This document shows positions 9,561-20,774 of a DNA stretch of 61,168 nucleotides, piece after piece. The stretch comes from Limisphaerales bacterium (GTDB lineage Bacteria; Verrucomicrobiota; Verrucomicrobiia; Limisphaerales; SIBE01), in contig JBGAIN010000031.1 in NCBI GenBank assembly GCA_044225505.1, forward strand, positions 1 through 61,168, written 5' to 3'. Position numbers and translations under genes: made by a program. The notes under the pieces were generated by a model. It was not told the origin of the DNA. It worked only from the letters and a program-made list of their open reading frames with translations, and ran no database searches. Each line of letters starts with the position of its first letter. The first letter of the stretch is position 1.

Positions 9561-11213
9561 TCACAAAGTCTTGAGATACTCGATCAGGTCGCGCTTGGCA
9601 CTGAATGGCAGATCGGTACCGTAATCATGCCCGGAATGGCTATTGCCCGACGTTGCCGTATCTAACACGTAGTGGCCGGCGTCCTGGTAGCCCATGGCCT
9701 CCTCGTCGAACACTCGGGTGCCGCGTTGGAACGATTTGGCCCGCGTTGCGGGTTTGTCGAGCAACTCGCGCAGGGTCCGGACCGAACCGTTGTGCAAGTA
9801 AGGGGATCGCGCCCAAACACCCGACAAGGTAGGCGCCCAATATTTCTGGGTGCTCCGGATGCCCGGCTGGGTCACGGGCGCATAACCGGGAGTTTCCAAT
9901 CGGGCGAGCAGACCATTGAACCGTTCGGCTGAACTGGGATCGAACGAAACGGCGCGGTTGACGTCGGTGCCGAGTTCCTTGCAATCGTAGAGCCGTGAGT
10001 CACCCTCGGGGCCGGTGTGGCAGGAGGCACACGCCTTCTTGAAGTGCTCGGCGCCGCGGAGAGCGGCCGCGCTATCCATCGAAAACGGATACCGGGGTGC
10101 GCGAATCTTCTCTGTTAGCTCGGTTTGTTGCTGGATTAAAGCGAAGTCCAGGTCACCCCGGTTTCCGATCATAGGCGCGCCCAACCCGAGGGCCGCGAGG
10201 AGGTTGCGGCCGAGAGGCGATCGCGTATTGCCGTCCCAATGAACCCAAGGCCGCTCTGAGAGGTTCCAGACCAACCCGTATTTCACCGGCGCATAGGGCT
10301 GGGGCGCGCCAAAAAACACCAGCGACAGCAACCCGAAAGCGTCGTTTCGGCCCGGACCCGAAGCGGGCGGCGCTTTCGCCGGGACTTCATCCGGAACGTG
10401 CAGGGCGGCGCGAATGTTATGGAAAAGCCGCACCATGGCCTGGGTTAGGTCCGCGAGGTTTTGTCCATGTTCCAAGCGGTGCGCATCGATCTGGAGGTCC
10501 TCAGGCTTCAAGGAATGGAGCGAGCCTGGCGGGATGCCTTTGGCGCCAAAGGGATCCGCCTGCAAAACGGCCTTGATAAGAGGCTCCTGTTTTTGCCATT
10601 CCGACGCGAAGCGCGTTGCGGTTTCGGATCCTCCGCTGGCATCATTTTCCGCCAGATACGCCGCGAGAAATTTTCGCATTGCGTTCGGCTCAGCGGACTT
10701 GAACGTGGCGGCCAGCAATGCTCCAAAGAAACCTTCGGCATCGAAGTGACTGGTCATGCCCAGGACGCGGACGGATTTACCCTGGGCTTCGACGTTCCCA
10801 ACATGGCAGGCCGCACAGTTGATTCCCACCGAAGAAAGTCCACCCAGATGGTCGACGCGCGATCGGCTGAAGCCGATCGGCCATCCGAAAGCCGGATCGG
10901 GGATTAGGCCGAGATGCTGGAAGTCGCCCGTCGGAAACAATTCTGGATAAACACGAATGAAAGCGCGCAGGACGGATTCCGGAATGACTTCGGTGCTCAT
11001 CGATCCGTGGAGAAAGAAGTCCAGATCTGCCTGCGACCAAGACGGGACCTGCTCGCGGACTGTGTCCAAATCACTGGGAGGTGATGACTTACGGCCGGTT
11101 ACCTCGCTAGCGGCAGTGGGAGTCGCCAAGCCGCTCAGCAATGCCAACCCAAGGAGGAAGGAGCGGGAAAGCGAAGGTAACGAGTCGAAGGTCGGTCTCA
11201 TACGAGGAATCAT
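9561..11213 (-). CDS. Secreted di-heme c-type cytochrome (RoxA / cytochrome c peroxidase-like)
   Basis: Two CxxCH motifs (CAACH, CASCH), GVWARSPYLHNGSV, GNSHSGHDYG, and a signal peptide. Start is 11213 or 11201. Confidence 0.85.
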   Translation of the reverse strand: MIPRMRPTFDSLPSLSRSFLLGLALLSGLATPTAASEVTGRKSSPPSDLDTVREQVPSWSQADLDFFLHGSMSTEVIPESVLRAFIRVYPELFPTGDFQHLGLIPDPAFGWPIGFSRSRVDHLGGLSSVGINCAACHVGNVEAQGKSVRVLGMTSHFDAEGFFGALLAATFKSAEPNAMRKFLAAYLAENDASGGSETATRFASEWQKQEPLIKAVLQADPFGAKGIPPGSLHSLKPEDLQIDAHRLEHGQNLADLTQAMVRLFHNIRAALHVPDEVPAKAPPASGPGRNDAFGLLSLVFFGAPQPYAPVKYGLVWNLSERPWVHWDGNTRSPLGRNLLAALGLGAPMIGNRGDLDFALIQQQTELTEKIRAPRYPFSMDSAAALRGAEHFKKACASCHTGPEGDSRLYDCKELGTDVNRAVSFDPSSAERFNGLLARLETPGYAPVTQPGIRSTQKYWAPTLSGVWARSPYLHNGSVRTLRELLDKPATRAKSFQRGTRVFDEEAMGYQDAGHYVLDTATSGNSHSGHDYGTDLPFSAKRDLIEYLKTL

Positions 11214-11712
11214 CGGGTATTTGATGGGAGTGAAATCTGGTTCGGCGGTCATTTCAGCCAATATCCCTAAGAACGCTGGCAGCGGCCGTTTGGATGCATC
11301 CTGCCTCAGACGGCCTGTATCGATTGATGTTAGCGCGAAAGTTCCTCCGGGAATGTCCCGGTCGACACAACGGCCGGTCGGATCGCACAACCGGGAGCTG
11401 GACCGTGGAAATTAGGCGGTACAGCCGCGGTCCGTTAAGGCGTAGAGTGGCAGCGGCGTGCCGCCGCTGGCAGGAGTTCCGCTGCTCCATAGCGTTGCCG
11501 TCGCTGGGCGAGGCGCTGGGAAAAGGCAGCCAGAGGTCACTGGTTTTGGGGTTGGGTGACGCTAGGCCGATGGTCACCGAACGGCGAGGAGGGATTCGAC
11601 TTGCCTAATTTAGAATTCAGGGCAGAGTTGAGACTTGTTCCAAGCTGCTCTGAGTTCGACGGATATGTCTGAAGAGGAGTTGTGAGGAGACGTAATATAC
11701 AACCTCAACAAA

Positions 11713-14559
11713 ATGACCATGCGAGAAGTTAAAAAAGCATACGGTAAAATAAGGCTGGCTAGCCTTCTGTCAGCGCTGCTATTAGGCGGGTTGACCCTTC
11801 AAGCCCAAACCACACCCAACGTAAAAGTTGACATTCTTGGCCTCGGGACGGAGTCCTTGCTGGGCTTTGGCGCAAGTGCGTCAAATCCTATCGGGCCGGT
11901 CACCGATCCGGAATGGGACGGTCTGGACGAACTGGATGCCGCCACGGATTCCTCCTGGAATTGGGTGGAAGCCACGGCCAGTATCGAACCCAACTTCGAA
12001 GGGGGCGAGAATTCGTTTAACATCTTCGATCACAAGGTTGGCGCGAGTAACGATAAATGGTGCTGCGACGATCCAACGATCGACAACCCGGTCTGGGTTG
12101 CCGTGCAATTGTCGAAAGCCGTGAGTATCACCCATTTCACGGTGGCCTCGGGCAACGATTCACCCGATCGCGATCCAACCGATTGGGCGATTCAAGGTTC
12201 CAATGACGGCACGACCTATACGGATATCTATCACTTCACGGATACGACCGTGCCTTGGACGGAGCGGAATCAGGTCGTGAAATTCACCCTCCCCAACGCG
12301 TCCCTTCCTTACAAGTTCATCCGTTACATTGCCTGGGAAACCCCTGGCACCTTACATCAGATCAACGAAATCGAGTATTTCGGCACGTTCGGAACGCCTT
12401 CGGACAGCGATGGCGACGGCATGCCGAACGATTGGGAAACCCAGTATGGCCTCAACCCGAATGATCCGAGCGACGCCAGCAAGGATGGCAATGGCAACGG
12501 GATCACCAACTTGGACGAATACAAGAAGGGCTTGAACCCGACGGACACGACCAAGCCGACGATCCTCTCCGCCACTCCGACGCCCACGTTGGACAGCGTC
12601 AAACTGACGTTCTCCAAAGAATTGGATCCGGCCACCGCGACCAACCTGGCGAATTACGCGATCAGCCCGAGCCTGGCGATCACCGGAGCGACCTATAAGA
12701 GCAAAGCGGTGACGCTGACGACGGCCAAGCAAACGGCCGGCGCGACCGCTTACACCGTGACCGTGAACAACGTGAAGGACATCAACAACTTCTCGATCGC
12801 CGCGGATACCAAGGTCGTATTCTACTCCTACATCCTGACCAAGGCGGGAGTGGTGAAATTCTCCTATTACGGAGACGGCGACTCTGGCTTGGGAACTAGC
12901 GTGGAATCGTTGACCAGCAATCCAAAATACCCGGCGACTCCTGATCAAGTCGGGGCTTTGTATAACCTCAACAGCCGCGATTACTTCCCGGATGACTCGC
13001 ACGAGAATTACGGAGCGACGATTGAAGGATATTTGACGCCGACGGAATCGGGCAGCTATCGCTTCTTCATTTACAGCGATGACTCGTCCGAATTATGGCT
13101 GAGCACCGACGACAAAGAAGCCAACCTCGCTCTGATCGCTCAGGAAACCGGTTGTTGCAATAACTTCACGGAGCCCGCTGCGACCCACGACGAGATGCCG
13201 CGCACCTCGGATCCGATCGCGCTAGTGGCTGGAAAGAATTACTTCATCCGCATGCTCTACAAAGAAGGCGGTGGCGGTGACTACGGCCAAGTCGCTTGGA
13301 GAAAAGAGGGGGACACAACGCCGGCAGGTTCGCTCCGGCCCATCTCTGGTAAATTCCTTTCGGCGGCGGCCGAACTGCCTCTGCCGGCAGATGGAGTGAT
13401 CACGACCCAGTCTCCAGGGGTCAACGCCAAGGGTGTTGCTCCGAACGCGAAGATCCAAGTGGAACATACGGATGGAAAGACTCCGTGGACGGCTGAGAAC
13501 GTCACGATGAAGTTCAACGGCGAGGCCGTGGTTCCTACGTTTGTTAAAGGCGGCGCTTCGGCGTCGATCACCTACACGCCAGCGGCGTTGTTGCCGAGCG
13601 GATCAACCAACTCGGTTTCTCTGAGTTACCTGGATGCGGGTGGCAAACCGGTGACGGTTGATTGGTCGTTTGTGACGGCTTCCTATCCGACACTGACCAA
13701 GGCGCAGCAAGCGTTGACGGTCGACAAGACCAAGCCTGGTTTCCTCTGGAGAATGTTCCAGAACGAAGCTGTGCAGAACACCACCGTGGCGAGCACGGAA
13801 CAAGCCCTGGCAGGTCAGCTGAAGGGAACGGACGGAGTACTGCTGCCGAACCTGGCGGATCCTGCGGCCGTGGGTGTCGCAGCCGGCCCTGGCACCAAGG
13901 TTGGAAACCTGATCCAATTCGAGATCCCGACCGTAATCAACGTGAGCCAAAACGGGACCGACAACGCCGGGAACTGGACCACGGATGACGTTATGCCTGG
14001 TATTCCAGGAACTAGCGGTGGCATCGACGGTATCGACGTTGAAATCATCGCGTATGTGGATCTCCCTGCGGGAGTCATCACCATGGGCGTGAACAGCGAC
14101 GACGGATTCCGTTCTCAAGCCGCTTACATCAACAATCCGGCGGACGGTTTGTTCCTCGGTGAGTTCAACGGTGGCCGCGGCGCTGCGGACACCCTCTTCA
14201 CGTTTGTCGTCCAAGACGCCGGGATTTACCCGATTCGCACCATCTATCAAGAAGGTGGCGGCGGCGCGAATATCGAGATCTTGTCGGTGAAGGCAGACGG
14301 CACGAAAGTGCTGTTGAACGACACCGCCAAAGGTGGATACGCGACCTACCGTATCGGAACGGCCCCGACCAAATCGGCGGAAGCCAAATTCACCGGCATC
14401 AGCCGGAGTGCTACTGGCTCGGTCGTTCTGACCTGGACTGGCAGCGGCACGCTCCAAACGAGCGCCTCGGTGACTGGCCCATGGACCGATGTGACCGGTG
14501 CAACCTCACCGTACACATTGACCTCGACCGCGGCAGCTCAGTTCGCTCGCATTCGGTAA
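11713..14559 (+). CDS. Large secreted glycan-binding protein: discoidin/F5-8-like, DxDGDG repeat, Ig-like, PA14-like domains and a short C-terminal W..L[QE]..W..FxR domain
   Basis: Signal peptide; RDPTDWAIQGSNDG; DSDGDGMPNDWE; PA14-like GYLTPTESGSYRFFIYSDDSSELWL and KEGGGGD. Confidence 0.85.
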   Translation: MTMREVKKAYGKIRLASLLSALLLGGLTLQAQTTPNVKVDILGLGTESLLGFGASASNPIGPVTDPEWDGLDELDAATDSSWNWVEATASIEPNFEGGENSFNIFDHKVGASNDKWCCDDPTIDNPVWVAVQLSKAVSITHFTVASGNDSPDRDPTDWAIQGSNDGTTYTDIYHFTDTTVPWTERNQVVKFTLPNASLPYKFIRYIAWETPGTLHQINEIEYFGTFGTPSDSDGDGMPNDWETQYGLNPNDPSDASKDGNGNGITNLDEYKKGLNPTDTTKPTILSATPTPTLDSVKLTFSKELDPATATNLANYAISPSLAITGATYKSKAVTLTTAKQTAGATAYTVTVNNVKDINNFSIAADTKVVFYSYILTKAGVVKFSYYGDGDSGLGTSVESLTSNPKYPATPDQVGALYNLNSRDYFPDDSHENYGATIEGYLTPTESGSYRFFIYSDDSSELWLSTDDKEANLALIAQETGCCNNFTEPAATHDEMPRTSDPIALVAGKNYFIRMLYKEGGGGDYGQVAWRKEGDTTPAGSLRPISGKFLSAAAELPLPADGVITTQSPGVNAKGVAPNAKIQVEHTDGKTPWTAENVTMKFNGEAVVPTFVKGGASASITYTPAALLPSGSTNSVSLSYLDAGGKPVTVDWSFVTASYPTLTKAQQALTVDKTKPGFLWRMFQNEAVQNTTVASTEQALAGQLKGTDGVLLPNLADPAAVGVAAGPGTKVGNLIQFEIPTVINVSQNGTDNAGNWTTDDVMPGIPGTSGGIDGIDVEIIAYVDLPAGVITMGVNSDDGFRSQAAYINNPADGLFLGEFNGGRGAADTLFTFVVQDAGIYPIRTIYQEGGGGANIEILSVKADGTKVLLNDTAKGGYATYRIGTAPTKSAEAKFTGISRSATGSVVLTWTGSGTLQTSASVTGPWTDVTGATSPYTLTSTAAAQFARIR

Positions 14560-14588
14560 TAGAGCAACTCTAGCAAGTTCGTTTACAC

Positions 14589-14620
14589 AAAGGGCCGGCT
14601 ATCAAGCCGGCCCTTTTTAT
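14589..14620 (+). terminator. Rho-independent terminator
   Basis: aaagggccggct-atca-agccggcccttt followed by a T-run, 30 bp after the stop codon. Confidence 0.85.
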
Positions 14621-14861
14621 TCCGCCGAAAGCTCCGAACGGTGGGGTGTGAAGCGGAGAATTGGCGGCGTCCTTCCGCCGCGGAGCTTGCTGTGGGTTGA
14701 AACCCGCGCTCCCATGAGGTCACCGGCACTCGGGCGGCTGCCGACAGAGCCGCTCCACGGCTGGGCGACCGAACGACGGCTCCCGGCCCTCCCGCCACTT
14801 CTCGGTTCGGGAGTGTCTTGCCGGGCCCGAAACCCTAACACTCCCCGTCGAAAACGCTTCG

Positions 14862-15977
14862 TCAGCAGACCTCGACCGGTTTTCCGTCGGCCAAAGCCGA
14901 GGCATGGACTGCGTTCATTATTTGCTGAGTCTTAAGAGAGATTTCCGGCCAGCTCGTGTCCAGGCGACCTTGCAAGACCAGATCGGAGAACGTGCGGAAC
15001 AGATTGCTTTCCTGCGCTGTCGGATGGCTGTTGGCGTATTCCGGCACGGTGAATTGTCGCCGATGCGATTCCATATTAAAATCGCACCCGCTGACCTCAT
15101 GGGCGACATTGTTCACCTCGAAGCCCAGTTCGTTTCCGAAGAACGGCGCGACAAAATCATTCAGGAACAAGTATCCTTTGCTTCCACTCACGTGGGCCCA
15201 TTGTTGATTCTCAGTGAGGAACGAATTGAAGAAACTGGCGGACAGTCCGTTATCAAACAGCAGCTCACCTGAGAACGAGGTGGGAACTGGTCCAGGGCTC
15301 TGCGGGGCGGAATGGGCGGCGAGAATGCGCCCGGTGACGCGCCGGGGCATTTGACCCCGTAAAACCCATAAGGTGAATCGGATGGTATACCACCCCAGGT
15401 CGCCCAGGCAGCCGTGGGGCTCCAGGGCGCTGCTGGCGCGGATATTTTCGCCAAAGAAGGCGGCATCCGCGGCGAAAGTGAACGCGGAAGAAATCCGGCG
15501 GATGTCTCCGACATTGGCTGGATCATCCAAAATCTCGCGCATCTTACCCAAACGCGCGCTATGCATGAACATGACGCCGTCCATGAACTGGACCTGGTGG
15601 CGTCGGCAAGCCTCCAACATTTCCTGGAGATCCGCCACGCTGACGGCGCAGGGCTTCTCGCACATCACGTGTTTGCCTGCGGCGGCGGCCCGCAAGACCC
15701 ATTCCTTGCGCAGAGCGGTGGGCAGAGGGATGTAAACCGCGTCCACGTCGGGAGAGGCGAGCAAGGCTTCGTAGGTGCCAAGGGCGCGTGGCGCCACGGG
15801 AAAAGGGACGTGGCTTTGGCAAGCTTCGATAAAGCGTCGGGAACGTTCTTCGTTGCGGCTGGCAACCGCGACGATGGTGGCATTGCCACTGTTCCAAATG
15901 GCTTTCCAGTTCTTGCGGACGATTTGTGCGGTGCTGAGAATTCCCCAGCGCAAGGGGCGTTGAATCGTGGGATGCAT
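14862..15977 (-). CDS. Gfo/Idh/MocA family oxidoreductase
   Basis: LRWGILST, DAVYIPLP, GKHVMCEKP and GCLGDLGWY motifs. Confidence 0.93.
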   Translation of the reverse strand: MHPTIQRPLRWGILSTAQIVRKNWKAIWNSGNATIVAVASRNEERSRRFIEACQSHVPFPVAPRALGTYEALLASPDVDAVYIPLPTALRKEWVLRAAAAGKHVMCEKPCAVSVADLQEMLEACRRHQVQFMDGVMFMHSARLGKMREILDDPANVGDIRRISSAFTFAADAAFFGENIRASSALEPHGCLGDLGWYTIRFTLWVLRGQMPRRVTGRILAAHSAPQSPGPVPTSFSGELLFDNGLSASFFNSFLTENQQWAHVSGSKGYLFLNDFVAPFFGNELGFEVNNVAHEVSGCDFNMESHRRQFTVPEYANSHPTAQESNLFRTFSDLVLQGRLDTSWPEISLKTQQIMNAVHASALADGKPVEVC

Positions 15978-16095
15978 CAGGATTTGGTGATCGTGGCGGA
16001 GCCTAAGACATCGGAAGCGGGGCGGCAAGGCGAAGTCTCGCTTCCCGCGTCAAACCAGTAGCCAAGCGCCAGTCTTTCCGATAGATAGTTCGGTT

Positions 16096-17145
16096 ATGCA
16101 ATTCACCAGTTCCGTTTCCGTTCTAGTGGCATTGGCCGTACTCGTGTTCCAAACGGGTTGCAGCAAGCCAGCGGCTCCCGGATCGGCCGAGCCCGCAGCC
16201 AAATCGGGGCCTAAGAAAATCGCTTTTGTGACGAACGGGGTGGATCCGTTCTGGAACACCGCGGCGGCCGGGGTTCGGGCGGCCATGAAAGAGTTCGATA
16301 TCGATTGCGAAGTGCTCATGCCTCCGAAAGGGATCTCCGATCAAAAGCGGATGATTGAAGGGCTCCTGGCGCGCGGGATTGACGGGGTGGCGATCAGTCC
16401 GATCGACGCCAAGAATCAGGTGGCGATGATCAACGAGGTGGCGCGCCGTTGTCCGATCATCACCCACGACAGCGACGCGCCGGATAGTCAGCGCTTGTGC
16501 TTCGTTGGCATGGATAATTACAAGGCAGGACGGGCGGCGGGACGATTGGTCAAGGAAGCGATCCCGAACGGCGGGAAGGTGATGCTTTTTGTGGGACGCC
16601 TCGAGCAGTTGAACGCCCAGCAACGTCGGCAAGGAGTGATTGATGAGCTGCTCGACCGGCCGATGCAGGAGTTGGGCAAGGTCAACTACGACCCGCCGGG
16701 CAACCCATTGGCAGGCGCCAAGTATAACATTCTCGATACGCGCACCGATAACTTCGATTATGCCAGGGCCAAAGCCAACGCGCAGGACGCGATGGCCAGC
16801 ACTGCGGATCTGGCCTGTATGGTCGGTCTGTTTGCCTATAACGGCCCGCTCTGCCTCGAGGCGGCCAAAGAGGCCCGCAAAACTGACCAGATCAAGATTG
16901 TAAGCTTCGACGAAGCCAATGCCGTATTGCAGGGCATTATCGATGGGCAGGTCTTTGGCACTGTGAGCCAGCAGCCTTATTACTATGGCTATCACTCCGT
17001 GCGCCTCCTCAAAAAACTGGTCGACGGCGACAAGTCCGTCCTGCCCCCTGGAGGGTTTCTCGAAGTTCCGATCGTCGAGGTTCGGCAAGCGAACGCCCAA
17101 ACTTTCTGGACCGAGCTCAAGAAGCTGCAGGAGGCTGGAAAGTGA
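16096..17145 (+). CDS. Sugar ABC transporter substrate-binding lipoprotein (RbsB-like)
   Basis: Lipobox-like [23 protein letters not shown] and QQPYYYGY motifs. Confidence 0.92.
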   Translation: MQFTSSVSVLVALAVLVFQTGCSKPAAPGSAEPAAKSGPKKIAFVTNGVDPFWNTAAAGVRAAMKEFDIDCEVLMPPKGISDQKRMIEGLLARGIDGVAISPIDAKNQVAMINEVARRCPIITHDSDAPDSQRLCFVGMDNYKAGRAAGRLVKEAIPNGGKVMLFVGRLEQLNAQQRRQGVIDELLDRPMQELGKVNYDPPGNPLAGAKYNILDTRTDNFDYARAKANAQDAMASTADLACMVGLFAYNGPLCLEAAKEARKTDQIKIVSFDEANAVLQGIIDGQVFGTVSQQPYYYGYHSVRLLKKLVDGDKSVLPPGGFLEVPIVEVRQANAQTFWTELKKLQEAGK

Positions 17146-17215
17146 TGGCACAAACGGCGAGCGAGCCGCACCGCCCGCGGGGTTGCCTCTCTCACGTTGC
17201 GGGCTGAGCCATTCG

Positions 17216-18733
17216 ATGTCCGCGACGCCCATCTTATTGCAGGCTTGCGCTCTTTCCAAGCGCTTCCCGGGAGTGCGCGCACTGCACCGCGTAAACCTCG
17301 AATTGCGGCGGGGCGAGGTGCTGGCGGTCATCGGCGAGAACGGGGCTGGCAAAAGCACTCTCATGAAGATCCTCGCTGGGTTGCAAGAGCCGGATAGTGG
17401 CGAGATTCGCTGGGAAAACCAAAGGGTCCGGATTGGGAGTGTGCGTGACGCCGAGGCGCTCGGCATCGCGCTCATTCATCAGGAACTGAATTTGGCCGAC
17501 AACCTCGATGTCGCGGGAAACATCTTCCTGGGACGCGAACCCCGGCGCTGCGGATTTGTGCAGCGGACCCGGCTGCATGAGGAAGCTCGGCAATGGCTGG
17601 GGCAAGTTGGTTTGGAGTGCTCTCCGAGCCGGCTCGTGAGCAGTTTGTCCCTCGGCCATCAACAAATGGTGGAGATCGCGAAAGCGCTCAGTACCCGAGC
17701 TCGGGTCCTGATCATGGACGAGCCCACTTCCAGCCTGAGCCAAGGTGAGACCGAACAGCTTTACCGGGTCGTCAAGGATCTCCGCGCCCGTGGAGTTACG
17801 ATTGTTTACATATCGCACCGCTTGGGCGAGGTGAAAGAATTGGCGGATCGAGTGGTGGTTCTGCGGGACGGTCAAAATGCCGGGGAATTAGCCCAGGCAG
17901 AGATCCACCATGATGCGATGGTTCGTCTCATGGTCGGCCGCGACCTGGCCATTCACCATCGCGCGTCCTACGCCTCTGGCGAAGCGCGCTTGGAGGCTCG
18001 CGGGCTCCAAACCACGGCGTTCCCGCGCGAGTCCTTGAACTTTACCCTGCGGCCGGGGGAGATTGTCGGTCTGGCCGGCCTGGTCGGATCGGGCCGGACG
18101 GAATTGTTGCGTGTGCTTTTTGGGATTGATCCGTCCGTTGGCGGAGAAGTTCGGGTAGACGGGCAGGGGATTCGGCTTCATTCGCCACAGGCGGCCATTG
18201 GGGCGGGCCTGGCCTTGGTGCCGGAGGACCGGAAACAACAAGGCGTGTTTTTGGAAATGGCCGTCCAAGGCAACGTGACTTTGCCCAGTCTCGCGCGGCA
18301 AGCCCGGTCCGGTTTTCGCCGACCGCATGAGGAAAAAGCGCTGGCGGAGAAGATGACCCGTCAACTGCGGGTCAAATCGCCCAACCTGGATCAGTTGGTG
18401 CAGTTCCTTTCGGGGGGGAATCAGCAGAAGATTGTGCTGGCCAAATGGCTCGCTTTGCAGCCGAAGGTTTTGCTGTTGGACGAGCCGACGCGCGGCATCG
18501 ATGTTGGCGCCAAACAGGACATATACCAACTTCTCGACGAGCTGGCGGCTGCCGGGATGGCGATCCTTTTTGCGAGCAGCGAGATGGAAGAAGTGTTGCG
18601 ATTGAGCGATCGCGCTTTCGTCATGCACCAGGGCGCGATACGGGGCGAATTACAACGGCAGGATCTGAGCGAAGAGGCCGTCATGCACCTGGCTACGGGC
18701 GGTCAACCAGCGACGAATCAGAGGCAATCATGA
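17216..18733 (+). CDS. Sugar ABC transporter ATP-binding protein (RbsA-like, two NBDs)
   Basis: [23 protein letters not shown] and [14 protein letters not shown] motifs. Confidence 0.95.
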   Translation: MSATPILLQACALSKRFPGVRALHRVNLELRRGEVLAVIGENGAGKSTLMKILAGLQEPDSGEIRWENQRVRIGSVRDAEALGIALIHQELNLADNLDVAGNIFLGREPRRCGFVQRTRLHEEARQWLGQVGLECSPSRLVSSLSLGHQQMVEIAKALSTRARVLIMDEPTSSLSQGETEQLYRVVKDLRARGVTIVYISHRLGEVKELADRVVVLRDGQNAGELAQAEIHHDAMVRLMVGRDLAIHHRASYASGEARLEARGLQTTAFPRESLNFTLRPGEIVGLAGLVGSGRTELLRVLFGIDPSVGGEVRVDGQGIRLHSPQAAIGAGLALVPEDRKQQGVFLEMAVQGNVTLPSLARQARSGFRRPHEEKALAEKMTRQLRVKSPNLDQLVQFLSGGNQQKIVLAKWLALQPKVLLLDEPTRGIDVGAKQDIYQLLDELAAAGMAILFASSEMEEVLRLSDRAFVMHQGAIRGELQRQDLSEEAVMHLATGGQPATNQRQS

Positions 18734-19722
18734 AGAAACTTCTCGGCATCTTTGGTTTGTTCCTGGCCGTGTTCATCGTAACGGCGGTTGTAAATCCGCA
18801 GTTCGTGAGCCCATATAATCTCCAAAATCTGGTCCGCTGGATCTCTTTGTTCGGTATCATCAGCATTGGCGTTGCCTTTGTGATTATTACTGGAGGAATC
18901 GATTTATCGATCGGGTCGGTGATTGGTTTGGTGGGCTCGTTGCTGGCCTGGCTTCTCACCCACCGGGGCTGGAGTGTACCCGCGGCCTTGGCGGCGGTGT
19001 TGCTAACTTCTGTCGTGATCGGTCTGGTCCATGGCCTTCTCATTACCCGGGTCCGTTTGCAGCCGTTCGTGGTCACGCTCTGCGGTTTGCTCCTTTACCG
19101 AGGCATCGCACGCTATATCACCGATGACCAGAGCCAGGGCTTTGGCAGTGCTTACGACTCGGGATTGCGGCGCATCGCGACGGATCACGTGCACGTGACC
19201 TCTTCCTTCGCGTTGCCTGCGCCGTTTTTTGTCCTGCTCGCGGTGGCTCTCCTGGGGGCGGTGTTTCTCAACCGGACGGTCTGGGGACGCTATCTCTTGG
19301 CCCTGGGACGTAACGAAACTGCCGCCCGGTTTAGCGGCGTCAATACCGACGCGATGAAAGTGATGGCCTACCTGATTTGTTCCGTCCTGGCGGGCGTGGG
19401 CGGGATTCTCTTCTCGTTGGATTTGAATTCCATTCAACCGTCCGGATTGGGGGAGTTCTACGAGCTTTACGCGATCGCGGCAGCGGTCCTGGGCGGATGC
19501 AGTCTGCGCGGTGGGGAGGGGACAATTACGGGAGTCATCGTTGGCACGGCGGTCATGCGGGTTCTGTATAACGCCATCAACATCCTCGGCATCCCGACCC
19601 ATCTGGAATTCGCGATCATCGGGGCGGTGATTCTCGCGGGGGTCATTGCGGACGAACTGGTCAAGCGGATGGCGGCCCGTCGTCGGGCCGCTCGCGAACT
19701 GGCCGGCGCAGAGGCGGCGTAA
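18730..19722 (+). CDS. Sugar ABC transporter permease (RbsC-like)
   Basis: [23 protein letters not shown] and [13 protein letters not shown] motifs; ATGA overlap with the ATPase gene. Confidence 0.95.
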   Translation: MKKLLGIFGLFLAVFIVTAVVNPQFVSPYNLQNLVRWISLFGIISIGVAFVIITGGIDLSIGSVIGLVGSLLAWLLTHRGWSVPAALAAVLLTSVVIGLVHGLLITRVRLQPFVVTLCGLLLYRGIARYITDDQSQGFGSAYDSGLRRIATDHVHVTSSFALPAPFFVLLAVALLGAVFLNRTVWGRYLLALGRNETAARFSGVNTDAMKVMAYLICSVLAGVGGILFSLDLNSIQPSGLGEFYELYAIAAAVLGGCSLRGGEGTITGVIVGTAVMRVLYNAINILGIPTHLEFAIIGAVILAGVIADELVKRMAARRRAARELAGAEAA

Positions 19723-19826
19723 GTGGGAATTATTCCGCCCGTGGGGGTGACGCAAGTCCAAGACGTCCGAGAAAGAAACGAAAATCGAGTTTCCTTTCGG
19801 CGACAGGAATCGTAACCTTAAAGGGC

Positions 19827-20774
19827 ATGAACCAGTCCCATTCCGTTTGCCTGGCCTGTCTCCTGGCTCTGGCGAGTCTTGCTCTTCACGCTGGACAAAC
19901 CGGGCCAGGCCGTCGGTTTCTCGCGGCGGACGATTCCACCGGCCGACTGGCAATCATCGCCCCGGATGATACCTTCGAATGGGAGTTAAAGATCGGGGGA
20001 ATTCACGACGCTCACGTCCTGGCGAACGGAAACGTCCTCTTGCAGCAAGGATTTCAGAAGATTGTGGAAGTCGCGCCGGATAAGAAGGTGGTTTGGGAGT
20101 ATGATTCCGGAAAGATGAACGGCAATGAAGGCCAGCGGATTGAAGTTCATGCGTTCCAGCGCCTGGAAAATGGCCTGACCATGATCGCCGAGTCTGGGGC
20201 AGGGCGAATCATTGAAGTGGACCGAAACGGTAAAATTCAGCATTTGATCCCTTTGAAACGGGAGCATCCCAATGCCCACAGTGATACGCGGCTCGCCCGC
20301 AAGATCGAGAATGGCAATTACTTGGTGGCACAGGAAGCGGACGGCGTTGTCCGCGAGTATGATTCCAGTGGGAAAGTGGTTTGGGAGTTTGAGGTGCCGT
20401 TATTTGGCAAGACCAAGAAGGGTGGACATGGTCCGGAGGCCTTTGGTAACTCGGTTTTCTCGGCCATTCGGTTAGCCAACGGCAATACTCTTATTGGAAC
20501 TGGGAACGGGCATAGCGTCCTTGAAGTAACGCCCCGCAAAGAAATTGCGTGGAAGGTTGAGCAAAATGATCTGCCAGGAATCACCCTCGCGTGGGTTACC
20601 TGTATTGAACGGCTTCCGAATGGCAACACCATGATCGGGAATTGCCACGCGGGCCCGGAGAATCCGCAGTTCATCGAGGTCACGAAAGAGAAAAAGGTGG
20701 TCTGGACATGGCAGGATTTTAAGAACTTTGGTAACTCGACGCCTGTGCAGTCATTGCTGGGTGCCAAGAAGTGA
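19827..20774 (+). CDS. Secreted beta-propeller repeat protein (PQQ-like, PVC type)
   Basis: Signal peptide; repeated RL[AEP]NGNT[LM]I / EV...K[VI]VW blades. Confidence 0.8.
   Translation: MNQSHSVCLACLLALASLALHAGQTGPGRRFLAADDSTGRLAIIAPDDTFEWELKIGGIHDAHVLANGNVLLQQGFQKIVEVAPDKKVVWEYDSGKMNGNEGQRIEVHAFQRLENGLTMIAESGAGRIIEVDRNGKIQHLIPLKREHPNAHSDTRLARKIENGNYLVAQEADGVVREYDSSGKVVWEFEVPLFGKTKKGGHGPEAFGNSVFSAIRLANGNTLIGTGNGHSVLEVTPRKEIAWKVEQNDLPGITLAWVTCIERLPNGNTMIGNCHAGPENPQFIEVTKEKKVVWTWQDFKNFGNSTPVQSLLGAKK

Noticed and set aside
14690..14715. REP-like gggttgaaacccgcgctccc
   Set aside because: Single degenerate copy in the window with no partner.
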